Source: Candidatus Methanomethylicia archaeon (GTDB lineage: Archaea > Thermoproteota > Methanomethylicia > Culexarchaeales > Culexarchaeaceae). Taken from it: DNA of 64,000 nucleotides. The position numbers and the translations under genes are program-made. Numbering within the stretch: position 1 is the first letter of the stretch; every line of letters starts with the position of its first letter. The notes beneath the pieces were generated by a model. It did no database searches and had not been told where the DNA came from. It saw nothing but the letters and a program-made list of their open reading frames with translations. Positions 30,961 through 41,302 of this stretch are shown piece by piece. The stretch covers positions 96,001-160,000 of the forward strand of contig JAVYVS010000003.1 of assembly GCA_038727515.1 (NCBI GenBank), read 5' to 3'.

Positions 30961-32367
30961 TTAAAATGTCTTCTTGGGGTAACGTATAATAGAATTCATA
31001 TTTTCAATGTAAATTTCAAGTATAAGTGGAAATTCATAGGTATGTGTTGCACATGATAAACATGGATCATAGTTTCTTATCAATTTTGAAATTTCACTAT
31101 ACAATCGTTCTTCTGATAATCCTTCTTTTGAAATTATGCTTTCAGATATAGCTGCTATCTCTTTCTCTATGACTGGAATATTTTGTACTGTAGCAACTAT
31201 TAGATTTGCATCGCAAATATATCCTTCATTGTCAACTTTATAGTAATGAATTAACGTTCCCCTTGGAGCTTCTATAACGCCTAAACCTTCATTATTTTTA
31301 ACCCTAAGATTTTTCTGAGGAAGAGAAGGTTCTTGAATACATTTATTATTTAAAATTTCAAACATTTTATCTAAGACATATACTATTTCTGCAACTCTGA
31401 TTATGTTATAGTAATTTGATGTCAATAGGGGTCGTGACCTATTTGATAGAAATCTTTTAACAAATGCTTCAGAATTTTCAGAGTCAAAAATATCATTTAC
31501 GTTAAATCTTGCTAAAGGACCAACTCTATAATAACCATAATTTAAAATGTATGGTGTTTTTGTATAACTCCAAGGAGTGTCTTTCTCACAAATACTTTTA
31601 AGACACTCATTGTACTTGAAAAAAGTTAGTAATTCACCATGTTGAGAAATAACACGAATATCATCTGAATGATAAAGTGGATATGTTGAATTAGAATATA
31701 GTGCTACAAAATTGCTAGGTACATATACATCATAATCTTCAAGTATAACGGTTAATTTGTCTTCAATATTATCAATAATCTCTTTAATCATTTTTATTGA
31801 ATTAATTGATTTTTCTTGCAATTCAAGTTGTTGAGAAGGCTTTATTGAATTAAGAAAACCTCCGGGTATTGCTCCAGAGGGATGAACAGATGAACCCCCA
31901 AGTATTTCTATAACTTGTCTTGCAAAATCCCTTATTTCTAAAATTTGCTTAACCAATGATGGATAATGTTTTACCATTCCAAGAAATCCTGGATTTTTGT
32001 CACATTCTCTAAATAGGATATCGGGTAGGTATAGTATGAAAAAGTGTAGAATGTGACTATGTAGTATTCCAGCAAAATGAAGTAATTCCCTCAATTTTAA
32101 AGCATTTTCTTTTATTGTTAATCCAAAAATATCATCTAATGCTTTTACTGAAGCTAAATGATGAGATGGAGAGCAAAGTCCACAAATCCTTGGAACTATT
32201 AAAGGGGCTTCCTCGATAGGTCTATTTATAAGTAGTTTTTCAAATCCCCTAAACTCAGTAACTTGAAGATATGAGTTTAAAACTTTACCATCATTGCTTA
32301 CGAAAAGCGATACTTTAGCATGCCCTTCTATTCTCGTTATTGGTTTAAAAATTAATTTTCTACTCAT
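30961..32367 (-). CDS. mvhA: [NiFe]-hydrogenase large subunit, group 3c-like
   Basis: TRIEGH, L1 PRICGLC, EAPRG, L2 DPCLSCATH plus C-terminal extension. Confidence 0.9.
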   Translation of the reverse strand: MSRKLIFKPITRIEGHAKVSLFVSNDGKVLNSYLQVTEFRGFEKLLINRPIEEAPLIVPRICGLCSPSHHLASVKALDDIFGLTIKENALKLRELLHFAGILHSHILHFFILYLPDILFRECDKNPGFLGMVKHYPSLVKQILEIRDFARQVIEILGGSSVHPSGAIPGGFLNSIKPSQQLELQEKSINSIKMIKEIIDNIEDKLTVILEDYDVYVPSNFVALYSNSTYPLYHSDDIRVISQHGELLTFFKYNECLKSICEKDTPWSYTKTPYILNYGYYRVGPLARFNVNDIFDSENSEAFVKRFLSNRSRPLLTSNYYNIIRVAEIVYVLDKMFEILNNKCIQEPSLPQKNLRVKNNEGLGVIEAPRGTLIHYYKVDNEGYICDANLIVATVQNIPVIEKEIAAISESIISKEGLSEERLYSEISKLIRNYDPCLSCATHTYEFPLILEIYIENMNSIIRYPKKTF

Positions 32368-33277
32368 AATTTTTAACCTCTCTTTTTATTGAAAATAATT
32401 TGGAGGATGGAAGAGTAAACCTATACAAAAGACCTGTTAAGTCTCTAATAGTTTTTAATTTTTCTATATTGTTGACATCATAAGATGCAGCTGATGCTAA
32501 AGATGACAAAAATTTAAATGCCGCTTCATCGATTCCATTTAGAGGCCCTAAACACCCTCTACAAGGAGTATTGGATTTTATACATCTAGCATCACAACCA
32601 CTTAAGGTTACAGGCCCTAAACATAAAACGCCTTGTTCTAAAAAACAGTGATTTAAATCCACTGGTTGTAAAGAGAATCTTTTTATGTCCTTTACTAACT
32701 TATTTTCTCCAGTATTCAATGGACACTCCATGCATAAACTTTTGTTTGACAATTTAAACGGTGCATCTCCAGTTAAACTGTTAAGTAAATTAAGAATAAT
32801 CTTTCTAGGAGGGGGACATCCTGGAACTGCCATATCTATCTTTACAAGCTCATGTAATGGTCGTATGTACTCAGATAATTTTGGTAGGTCATATTCTTCA
32901 GAAATTAAATCTTTGTTGCAACCATACACATCTTTTAAAACATTAGATATATTCAGTATATTTAACAATCCTGGTAAACCGCCATAACAAGAACAACTTC
33001 CAAAAGCGATAAGTATTTTGCTTTTCATCCTCCATTTCAATAGTTTATCATAATCTTCTAATAACCGCAAACTACCAGTTACAATTCCCACATCTACATT
33101 AGCAGGTTCTTCAAAATCTGTGAGTAATGGCGAGTACACTATATCAATAATATCTTCAGTTAAATTATCAGAAAGAAGCCTCAATATGTCAAGTATGGCA
33201 TTTTCACATCCACTACACGTTGTTAATGGAAAGAAAGCCACAGAAAGCTTTTTATGATGCATATTACCACCCACCAA
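32360..33277 (-). CDS. mvhG: [NiFe]-hydrogenase small subunit
   Basis: CSGC, GSC, PGCPP, CMEC, CLGPVT..GC...C.....PCRGC. Confidence 0.9.
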   Translation of the reverse strand: MVGGNMHHKKLSVAFFPLTTCSGCENAILDILRLLSDNLTEDIIDIVYSPLLTDFEEPANVDVGIVTGSLRLLEDYDKLLKWRMKSKILIAFGSCSCYGGLPGLLNILNISNVLKDVYGCNKDLISEEYDLPKLSEYIRPLHELVKIDMAVPGCPPPRKIILNLLNSLTGDAPFKLSNKSLCMECPLNTGENKLVKDIKRFSLQPVDLNHCFLEQGVLCLGPVTLSGCDARCIKSNTPCRGCLGPLNGIDEAAFKFLSSLASAASYDVNNIEKLKTIRDLTGLLYRFTLPSSKLFSIKREVKNYE

Positions 33278-33680
33278 TGGAAAATAGGGGCCCCATCTTA
33301 GTTATTCTATCAACAAAGTTATTAACAATAGAGGAAAAACGATCTCCTTCACCGGCAGAAGCCCAATCTATATGTAATCGATCTGGATTAATTCCAATTT
33401 CACTTAGGAGTTTTTTAACAAGTACAACTTTTGCCTTAGCTTTGTAATTCCCATTTATATAATGACAGTCGCCGGGGTGACAACCCACAATTAATACACC
33501 GTCAGCACCATTAAGAAATGCAGACATGATATTTATTGGATCAACACGACCACTACACATTACACGTATAATTCTTAAATTTACCTTATATAGTCTTCTT
33601 AAATTACCGGCTAAATCAGCAGCTGCGTATCCGCACCAATTACATAAGAAACCAACTATCTTTGGCTTAAATTCAAGCAT
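33264..33680 (-). CDS. mvhD: hydrogenase [2Fe-2S] subunit
   Basis: GFLCNWCGY, IRVMCSGRV, GCHPGDCHY. Confidence 0.93.
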   Translation of the reverse strand: MLEFKPKIVGFLCNWCGYAAADLAGNLRRLYKVNLRIIRVMCSGRVDPINIMSAFLNGADGVLIVGCHPGDCHYINGNYKAKAKVVLVKKLLSEIGINPDRLHIDWASAGEGDRFSSIVNNFVDRITKMGPLFSIGGW

Positions 33681-34224
33681 TTGAAAGGATTCTCTTTCCA
33701 TATTCATACCCTTCACGTAGAGCTTTTAAATTTATTTCTTCTAGACCTTTAGGAACGCTGTCAATAATTGCTTTTTCTAAAGCAGAATACGTTACAGCAT
33801 TAGTTACAGCACAAAGTACACCGAGTAGTACTATGTTTGCAACGATCTTTCTACCTATAGATGTTGCAATTCTTGTGGCAGGTACTTTGTATATTTTTAC
33901 ATTATTATTTGGTGGATCCACATCCTTTACAAGATCTTCATCTAAGATTATTATACCATTATCACATACATACTTTTTATAGTAATTGTATGCGTCTTGT
34001 GATAGAACAATCAAAATATTATTTGAAGTTATATATGGATAATCTATTGCTTCATCTGATATTATAACATCAGTTTTAGATCTACTACCTCTAGCTTCGG
34101 GACCATAGGATTCTGTTTGAACAACATTCTTATTATCAAAAATTGCAGAAGCTTTACCTAAAATATACCCAGCAAAAAGAATGCCTTGACCCCCAAGTCC
34201 CGAGATCCTTATTTCCCATTTCAT
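33673..34224 (-). CDS. 2-oxoacid:ferredoxin oxidoreductase gamma subunit
   Basis: GLGGQG, YGPEARG, ANIVLLG. Confidence 0.93.
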   Translation of the reverse strand: MKWEIRISGLGGQGILFAGYILGKASAIFDNKNVVQTESYGPEARGSRSKTDVIISDEAIDYPYITSNNILIVLSQDAYNYYKKYVCDNGIIILDEDLVKDVDPPNNNVKIYKVPATRIATSIGRKIVANIVLLGVLCAVTNAVTYSALEKAIIDSVPKGLEEINLKALREGYEYGKRILSNA

Positions 34225-34229
34225 ATACC

Positions 34230-35102
34230 TTATCCTCCATCAACCAATGACTTTATATCTTTACCACATTGTTCTCTGATTAACTTATAAAGCTCATCTA
34301 CAAATTCTGGTCTATCTCTTTCAACAAATTCACCTACGATTATTTTCTTGTTTAAGTCTATGTCAGCAATTGAAGGATCGATATTATTTTTAATGACACT
34401 GTTATTCAACAAAAATTTCAAAATTTCTGGGGGGTCTCCAAGTTTATTGTATCTTGCATATAAAGTAATGCAGGGAGCTATTACCTCTATAAAAGAGAAC
34501 CCCTTCCTCTGTAAAGCTTTTTTAAAGGTTCTGATCATAGAAAAAGGTTGAGCAATAGTCCATCTTGCTACAAAAGTTGCTCCTGCAGCTGTTGCAAGAG
34601 AAGGTAAATTAAATGGATGTTCAATATTTCCATAAGGTGTTGTTGTAGTTTTTGAATATAATGGAGTTGTTGGACCTACTTGTCCTCCAGTCATACCATA
34701 ATTAAAGTTGTTAATACATATAACTAATAGGTCAATATTTCTTCTTGCAGCATGTATAAAGTGATTTCCACCTATTGCGAATAAATCTCCATCTCCACTA
34801 ATAACACTAACTTTAAGATATGGTTTGGCTATTTTAATACCCATAGCCACAGGGATTGCACGTCCATGAGTAGTATGAAATGAATCTAATGCTACATAAT
34901 TTGCAATTCTACCGCTACAACCTATGCCTGAAACCACGACTACATTGTTTAAATCGATATTGGATTCAAGTAATGCTCTTAAATAACAGTTTAATACTAT
35001 ACCTATTCCACAACCTGGACACCATATATGAGGCAGATGTTCAGATAACAAAAGTGAATCTAAAGTATGCATCTCACTATTTCTGGGTAGCTTAATTGAC
35101 AA
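34230..35102 (-). CDS. 2-oxoacid:ferredoxin oxidoreductase beta subunit
   Basis: WCPGCG, SGIGCS, TPP-binding GDGD...NN, YGMTGGQ. Confidence 0.94.
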   Translation of the reverse strand: MSIKLPRNSEMHTLDSLLLSEHLPHIWCPGCGIGIVLNCYLRALLESNIDLNNVVVVSGIGCSGRIANYVALDSFHTTHGRAIPVAMGIKIAKPYLKVSVISGDGDLFAIGGNHFIHAARRNIDLLVICINNFNYGMTGGQVGPTTPLYSKTTTTPYGNIEHPFNLPSLATAAGATFVARWTIAQPFSMIRTFKKALQRKGFSFIEVIAPCITLYARYNKLGDPPEILKFLLNNSVIKNNIDPSIADIDLNKKIIVGEFVERDRPEFVDELYKLIREQCGKDIKSLVDGG

Positions 35103-36246
35103 GTTTGTTCACCTCGTGTATAAAATCGATCAATTCATCAGGGGTGTGAGGATCACCGCCAATTTTAGGAAAAGAAAACGTAGGCTTCCCCTGAACACTT
35201 CCTTCAACTTCTTTAACTAATTGACCATAATTCATTTCAACAACTATGAAGGCTTTAGCGTACTTTGAATATTCAATAAATAAATGTTTGGGAAAAGGCC
35301 ATATAGTTATCAATCTACATAAACCAACCTTCAACCCTTTTTCTCTACATATTTTCACAGCTCTTAATGCAGACCTAGCTGGTGCACCATATGATACAAC
35401 TATTATCTTAGCATCTTTAGTGAATATCTCATCAAACATCGTAATTTTGTCAATATTAAGTCTAATCTTATCGCATAACCTTTTCACTAAATAACTGTGT
35501 ACATTAGGATCCAATGTTGAAGGAAAACCGGAAAAATCATGTGTCAATCCTGTTACATGAACTTTAAATCCTTCACCAAAACAAGCCATTGGTGGAATGA
35601 GATCTTCATCAGGCATGAATGGTAAATATCCATTTTTAGAATCCTTTTTTGGTTTTTTCCTATTTACTATCTTAACTTCCTCTGGACGTTTTATTATCAC
35701 TTTCTCTCTCATATGACCAATTATTTCATCTGCAAGTAGTATTGTTGGGACCCTAAACCTTTCAGCAAGATTAAAAGCCTCTATCGTTAAATCAAACATT
35801 TCTTGAACTGAAAATGGATAAAGGGCAATAATTTCATAGTCACCATGGCTACCCCATTTTGCTTGCATAATGTCACCTTGTGCAGCTCTAGTTGGCTGTC
35901 CAGTGCTTGGTCCTCCACGCATTACATTTACCACTACTATTGGTGCTTCAACCATAGCAGCCAATCCTATGTTTTCCATCATTAAGCTCATACCAGGACC
36001 ACTTGTAGCGGTCATTGCTTTTACACCAGCATATGATGCTCCTATAATTAATGCTATAGAAGAAAGTTCATCTTCCATTTGCACAAAAGCGCCGCCTACT
36101 TGTGGCAGCCTAAAGGCTAATCTTTCAGCAATTTCTGTAGATGGCGTTATTGGGTAACCAGCAAATAATCTACATCCTGCAACAATAGCTCCTTCAGCGC
36201 ATGCTTCATCTCCTTGCATGAAAAAAGCATTTTGCAAAAATTTCAT
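35092..36246 (-). CDS. 2-oxoacid:ferredoxin oxidoreductase alpha subunit (KorA-like)
   Basis: YPITP, QMEDE, TSGPG, RGGPSTGQPT, EMNYGQ. Confidence 0.94.
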   Translation of the reverse strand: MKFLQNAFFMQGDEACAEGAIVAGCRLFAGYPITPSTEIAERLAFRLPQVGGAFVQMEDELSSIALIIGASYAGVKAMTATSGPGMSLMMENIGLAAMVEAPIVVVNVMRGGPSTGQPTRAAQGDIMQAKWGSHGDYEIIALYPFSVQEMFDLTIEAFNLAERFRVPTILLADEIIGHMREKVIIKRPEEVKIVNRKKPKKDSKNGYLPFMPDEDLIPPMACFGEGFKVHVTGLTHDFSGFPSTLDPNVHSYLVKRLCDKIRLNIDKITMFDEIFTKDAKIIVVSYGAPARSALRAVKICREKGLKVGLCRLITIWPFPKHLFIEYSKYAKAFIVVEMNYGQLVKEVEGSVQGKPTFSFPKIGGDPHTPDELIDFIHEVNKLVN

Positions 36247-36416
36247 AGAGTTTACACTATAAAAACAAATAACAAATAAAGATTAATAAACACTTTCATT
36301 ATTAATTAATAAAAATGCTGAATATCTTATTATCATTATGTGATGTATTAACTATACAAGTGTATAAATGTTAAAAGACTTATGTAAAAGAATTTGTCTT
36401 AAAATGATAAATATAA

Positions 36417-36501
36417 TGCGGGGGGTGGGATTTGAACCCACGAAGGCCTACGCCAACGGATCTTGAGTCCGTCGCCTTTAACCTGGCTCGGCAACCCCCG
36501 C
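36417..36501 (-). tRNA. tRNA-Leu(CAA)
   Basis: GCGGGGG...ACGGA CT CAA GA TCCGT, long variable arm, no intron. Confidence 0.96.
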
Positions 36502-36537
36502 TTTAATAAATACTATAATAAATTGAGATTTATGAAT

Positions 36538-37578
36538 TTATTTTTCCAAGATTTTTCGTATATTATGAGGAAATGGAGGTGTAACTATCCCTTTTTCAGT
36601 TATTATTGCAGAGATATACTCTGGGGGTGTCATATCAAATGCGTAATTTAATGCTTTTACACCTTTTGGGGTGATATTATACTTTAACAGCACTTTAGTT
36701 ACTTCATATGGACTTCTTTCTTCTATAATAACATCTTCTTTTCGTGATTGAAAATCGAATGTTGAAATTGGTGCAGCAACATAAAATGGAATATTATGAA
36801 CTTTAGATAGAATGGCAACAGTGTAAGTTCCAATTTTATTGTATACGGTTCCATCGGCTAGAATTCTATCGGCTCCTACGATCACTTTATTTATCTCACC
36901 CTTTTTCATTAAAAAACCAATAGCATTATCAGTTATTAACACTAGAGGTATTTTTTCACGTTTTAACTCAAAAGCTGTAAGTCTTGCACCTTGTAATTGA
37001 GGTCTAGTTTCAGCCACAAAAACCCGTATCTTTTTCCCTTTTTTCCATGCAGATCTTATAACTCCAAGAGCTGTTCCATAATAAACAGTTGCGAGAGAAC
37101 CAGCATTACAATAGGTTAATATTGAATCCCCATCTTCAATTAGTTTCTCACCATTTTCACCTATCCTAATATTGATGTTAACATCTTCATCAGCCATTTT
37201 TAGAGCTTCATTAATTATATCATTTACTATCTCTAAAGAGCTCTTATTTGGATTTATAACATTAAGTATCCTATCGACAGCCCAAAATAGGTTCCTCGCT
37301 GTGGGTCTTGACTCCATTAATTTTTTCGCGGTCTCCTGTATTTTCATTAGAAGGAAGGCTTTTTCTTCATGTGAAAAACTTTTTGCTGTTAATGCAAGAG
37401 CCATAGCTGCTGCTATACCTATAGCTGGGGCCCCCCTTATTTTCATCTTCATGATCGCATCTATTACTTCGTCTGCAGATTTGCATTCCACTATCTTTAG
37501 TTTTTTAGGTAGTAATGTTTGATCAATTATTCTTACTGTACCGTTTACCCATTCAATAGTTTTTGGTAATTTTTGCAT
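36538..37578 (-). CDS. mtnA: S-methyl-5-thioribose-1-phosphate isomerase (eIF-2B-like family)
   Basis: IDQTLLP, RGAPAIG, SRPTA, YCNAGSLAT, ETRP.LQGARLT, NKIGTY. Confidence 0.9.
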   Translation of the reverse strand: MQKLPKTIEWVNGTVRIIDQTLLPKKLKIVECKSADEVIDAIMKMKIRGAPAIGIAAAMALALTAKSFSHEEKAFLLMKIQETAKKLMESRPTARNLFWAVDRILNVINPNKSSLEIVNDIINEALKMADEDVNINIRIGENGEKLIEDGDSILTYCNAGSLATVYYGTALGVIRSAWKKGKKIRVFVAETRPQLQGARLTAFELKREKIPLVLITDNAIGFLMKKGEINKVIVGADRILADGTVYNKIGTYTVAILSKVHNIPFYVAAPISTFDFQSRKEDVIIEERSPYEVTKVLLKYNITPKGVKALNYAFDMTPPEYISAIITEKGIVTPPFPHNIRKILEK

Positions 37579-38095
37579 TTTTAATCACTTCCACTAAGAT
37601 ATCTGAAATTATATTTGCAGCATTATAAATTTCACTAGAAATACTCCTACCAAAGTTTAAATTTTTAGGTTGAATTCCAATAATTACAACCTTTGCTCCA
37701 ACTATTTCTTCTATATATGTAAACAATAACTTTGGTGAAATATTATGAGTGGATGTAGTAATAAAGTCAAATATATCATTTTTTCCAAAAAGACCAATAG
37801 ATCCGGGGCATGAATTCATTTGTACAGCATCTATTAATATTACATGAGAAGGAGATAAATTTTCTAATTTACCGAGGAAAGATTCAGGGGAAGTTTCACA
37901 ATTTAAAATTGTAACAAAATCATCTAGCATTTTAGTTTTCTGAAGTTTCTTTTCTAATAATTCAATGGTCTTTAAACCAGCAGCATCATCACTTCTAAAG
38001 TAATTCCCAATACCCATTATCACAATCTTTTTGGCATCCTTAACAAAAATACTTAAGAGCCTTTTTAAACCATTAATTTCATTTATATCTTTCAT
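37553..38095 (-). CDS. hydrogenase maturation endopeptidase (HycI-like)
   Basis: GIGNYFRSDDAAG, PE, IDA, STH, GIQP. Confidence 0.92.
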   Translation of the reverse strand: MKDINEINGLKRLLSIFVKDAKKIVIMGIGNYFRSDDAAGLKTIELLEKKLQKTKMLDDFVTILNCETSPESFLGKLENLSPSHVILIDAVQMNSCPGSIGLFGKNDIFDFITTSTHNISPKLLFTYIEEIVGAKVVIIGIQPKNLNFGRSISSEIYNAANIISDILVEVIKNAKITKNY

Positions 38096-38125
38096 TTCAT
38101 TTAATATTTTATTTGGGAAGTATAT

Positions 38126-38650
38126 ATGGCTGCTTATATCCCGATTGGTATGTTGTTGGAAGAGAAAACAATATTTTATGGTAATGATGTAAACGATGTT
38201 TGGAATATGGGCTTTTATGGGGAAAAAATAGAAAATCAGCTTATATTATTGCCTTTTGAAACTCTTTATTTGGTTGAACGTGGAAAAATAAAGGTTTGTT
38301 CAAAAGAAGGAAAATTTTTATCATTTAATGAATTACTTCATTATTTTTTGAAATATGATCCTGATGTATGGACAAAATATGTTATATATTCAGACTTACG
38401 TCAAAGAGGATATATAGTTAAAGGTGGTTTTGACAATATTTCATTTAGAGTCTATGAAAAGGGGGCTATTGTGGGAAAAGATGTAGCAAAGATGATAGTA
38501 TATGGAGTTGTAGAAGGGAAACCTATAAGTTTACATGAGATAAAGGAAATGGTTAAATCAGCGAGAAGTATAAAAAAAGATCTAATCTTAGCCATTTTAA
38601 ATAGTCAAGGGGAAATATCGTATTACAGTGTTAATGAGGTGTCTTTTTGA
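38126..38650 (+). CDS. tRNA-splicing endonuclease, probable structural (non-catalytic) subunit
   Basis: ETLYL, YSDLRQRGY, GEISYY; lacks the catalytic KYG Tyr and His. Confidence 0.85.
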   Translation: MAAYIPIGMLLEEKTIFYGNDVNDVWNMGFYGEKIENQLILLPFETLYLVERGKIKVCSKEGKFLSFNELLHYFLKYDPDVWTKYVIYSDLRQRGYIVKGGFDNISFRVYEKGAIVGKDVAKMIVYGVVEGKPISLHEIKEMVKSARSIKKDLILAILNSQGEISYYSVNEVSF

Positions 38651-39492
38651 GAAAGGTGATGGCCCTTATTAAGGTTATCAGACCGATAAATTCGGTAATG
38701 ATGGGTTTTAGTGTATGTTTAAGCGAATTTATAGCACTTAGAAGTTTTCCATCAAATTCGTTAATGATACATGGATTTCTAACAGGATTTTCCCTAACAG
38801 GAGCTTCAATGGTTATAAACGATATATACGATTATGAAGTAGATCTAATAAACGCTCCAAAAAGACCCATACCTAGCGGTATTTTGAAGATAAAGGAAGC
38901 ATGGATATATGGGCTTACATTATCTCTTTTAGGCATTATATCAGCATATATGATAAATCAATATTGTCTCATAATAGCATTAACTTCATTTGTGATATCA
39001 ATTTTGTACAATGTACACTTTAAAAAATATGGGCTCATAGGAAATTTTATGGTAAGTTTCTGCGTAGCTATGCCCTTCATCTTTGGAGCATATGCTGTGG
39101 GAGGAGGAAGCAAAATATTATTAACATTTTCAATTACAGCATTCCTTGTGAATACAAGTAGGGAAGTGATAAAGGGCATAGCAGACGTGGAAGGTGATAT
39201 AAAAAGACAAGTGAAAACAGTAGCCATAGAATATGGAATAAAAACAGCAAGAACAGTTGCGATATTACTTTTTATTTTGGCAATAATTGCTGCTATTGTA
39301 CCGATAATCTTTAAATGGGTTTCATGGCTTTACGTTCCAATCATAATGTTATCATTGATTGGATTATCCTATGAAATTCTCTCTTTGTTAAATGAAATAA
39401 ATAGAGAGAAAGCAATAAAAATTAAAAATAGACTTTTACTGTATATGTTTCTCGCATTAATAGCAATGTTCACAGGTGGATATTATGAGTAA
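38647..39492 (+). CDS. digeranylgeranylglyceryl phosphate synthase (UbiA family)
   Basis: NDIYDYEVDLINAPKRPIPSG, REVIKGIADVEGD. Confidence 0.92.
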   Translation: MRKVMALIKVIRPINSVMMGFSVCLSEFIALRSFPSNSLMIHGFLTGFSLTGASMVINDIYDYEVDLINAPKRPIPSGILKIKEAWIYGLTLSLLGIISAYMINQYCLIIALTSFVISILYNVHFKKYGLIGNFMVSFCVAMPFIFGAYAVGGGSKILLTFSITAFLVNTSREVIKGIADVEGDIKRQVKTVAIEYGIKTARTVAILLFILAIIAAIVPIIFKWVSWLYVPIIMLSLIGLSYEILSLLNEINREKAIKIKNRLLLYMFLALIAMFTGGYYE

Positions 39493-40789
39493 AGAGAAGT
39501 TTAAAGTTCTACGTGGTTTAAGAGACTTATTACCAGAAGAAGTTGAAAAAATGAATTATGTTAAATCAGTTATAAGAGAACTTTTTACGTTATATGGATA
39601 TAAAGAGATAATAACGCCAACTTTGGAATCATATGATCTTTTTGAAGCAAAAGCAGGTGAAGAATTGAGACATAGAATGTATACCTTCAAAGATTTAGGA
39701 AATAGGAAAGTTGCATTAAGACCAGAGATAACACCATCAGTCGCAAGGTTTTATATTAATCATATGCTCTCTAAACCAAAACCCGTTAGACTAGGTTATA
39801 TATCAAACTGTTTTAGATATGATGAACCACAATATGGTAGGTATAGGGAATTTTGGCAGGGAGGCTTTGAACTAATTGGTTCGCCAAATCCTGAGGCAGA
39901 TGTTGAAATACTAAGTATTGCAGATATGTTAATGAGGCGTTTGGGATTTTCAGATTATTATTTGAAATTAAACCACATTGGAATATTGAAGGGAATATTA
40001 ATTTCAGAAAATGTTTCTGAAAAAACCCAGAACACTGTACTTGGATTATTTGATAAATTAAGGTATGAAGAAGCCATCAAAATATTGGAATCTAATGGTG
40101 TTACGAAAAAATGCATAGATGATATAAAAGAACTTATAAATTTAAAAGGGCAACAAATTGAGCTAATTATTAGAAATGTTGAAGAAATTGTAAATAAATA
40201 CCCAATTTCTCTAGAAGCATTATCAAATTTAAAAAATATAATTAAGATAATTGAGTTAGCTGAATTAAAAATACCAATAAGATTAGATTTAGGATTTGCG
40301 AGAGGACTTGAATATTACACGGGAATAATTTTTGAATGTTTTACATCAAAAATGAAATTATCGGTAGGCGGTGGGGGTAGATACGATAACTTAATAGAAA
40401 CATTTGGAGGACCACATGTACCAGCTGTGGGATATGCACCTGGAATTGACAGGATAGTATTAGCAATTGAAGAAGAAGGCATAAATTTGCCCATCGATAG
40501 GAAAAAGAAAAAGGTTATTATAATCCCTATATCTCAAAATGCTATCCCCAACGCATTTAAAGTTGCTTCAAAATTCAGAGAAGCACAATTCATTACAGAA
40601 ATAGATGTCGCCAGAAAAGGATTGAAAAAAATGTTATCATATGCAAGTTCCTGCGGATTTAATTACGCCATAATAATAGGGGAAACCGAACTAAAGAACG
40701 AAAAAATAACTTTAAAAAACTTGGAGAGGGGTGCTCAGTATACAATTACCGTGGAAGAAGCTATTAATATAGTGAGGGATGATATTTAA
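39485..40789 (+). CDS. hisS: histidine--tRNA ligase
   Basis: LRPEITPS, FRYDEPQYGRYREF, RGLEYYTG, GGGRYD. Confidence 0.97.
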   Translation: MSKEKFKVLRGLRDLLPEEVEKMNYVKSVIRELFTLYGYKEIITPTLESYDLFEAKAGEELRHRMYTFKDLGNRKVALRPEITPSVARFYINHMLSKPKPVRLGYISNCFRYDEPQYGRYREFWQGGFELIGSPNPEADVEILSIADMLMRRLGFSDYYLKLNHIGILKGILISENVSEKTQNTVLGLFDKLRYEEAIKILESNGVTKKCIDDIKELINLKGQQIELIIRNVEEIVNKYPISLEALSNLKNIIKIIELAELKIPIRLDLGFARGLEYYTGIIFECFTSKMKLSVGGGGRYDNLIETFGGPHVPAVGYAPGIDRIVLAIEEEGINLPIDRKKKKVIIIPISQNAIPNAFKVASKFREAQFITEIDVARKGLKKMLSYASSCGFNYAIIIGETELKNEKITLKNLERGAQYTITVEEAINIVRDDI

Positions 40790-40792
40790 ATA

Positions 40793-41104
40793 TTGGAAGA
40801 AAATGAAATGAAGGAAACTTTACAAGAAATTTACATAATAGCTAAAGATAAGAACCTAAAAATTAGATTTTTCTTTAAAGGAGTAAGGTATATACTATGT
40901 ATTAATGGATTGATAAGAGCAAGAGATAAAAATTTCAATATAGTTCCATGGTCTTTAGCTTTTGGATCTAAAACCCCATACAGCGTCTTACAAACAATCA
41001 GCATTGAAAAAATCGAGGTAGAAGATAAAGATGGAGATATAATGATATTTGAAAAATTAGATGAATTGATATCATGGTTAAAAAAGATTAGATACGAAAA
41101 ATGA
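40793..41104 (+). CDS. hypothetical protein
   Basis: 103-aa ORF 3 bp after hisS, same strand; no recognised motif. Confidence 0.7.
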   Translation: MEENEMKETLQEIYIIAKDKNLKIRFFFKGVRYILCINGLIRARDKNFNIVPWSLAFGSKTPYSVLQTISIEKIEVEDKDGDIMIFEKLDELISWLKKIRYEK

Positions 41105-41168
41105 AAATACTGAATATAATAAGAACAATAAATTTAAACTAGCTTCTTTTAATAAATTAAATAATGAG

Positions 41169-41243
41169 GGGCCCGTAGCTCAGCTAGGATAGAGCAGCGG
41201 CCTCCTAAGCCGTTGGTCGTGGGTTCAAATCCCACCGGGCCCG
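41169..41243 (+). tRNA. tRNA-Arg(CCT); integration site
   Basis: GGGCCCG...GCGGC CT CCT AA GCCGT...GTTCAAATC...CGGGCCCG. Confidence 0.97.
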
Positions 41244-41302
41244 CATCTAATTGAGTGCGAAACCTTTAAATTCAGCCTGGCTTTTTACTCTCCTGAGCTA
41301 AA

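Noticed and set aside
30961-33680. Selenocysteine-containing (Vhu-type) hydrogenase
   Set aside because: All ligand positions are Cys codons in uninterrupted ORFs; no in-frame TGA.
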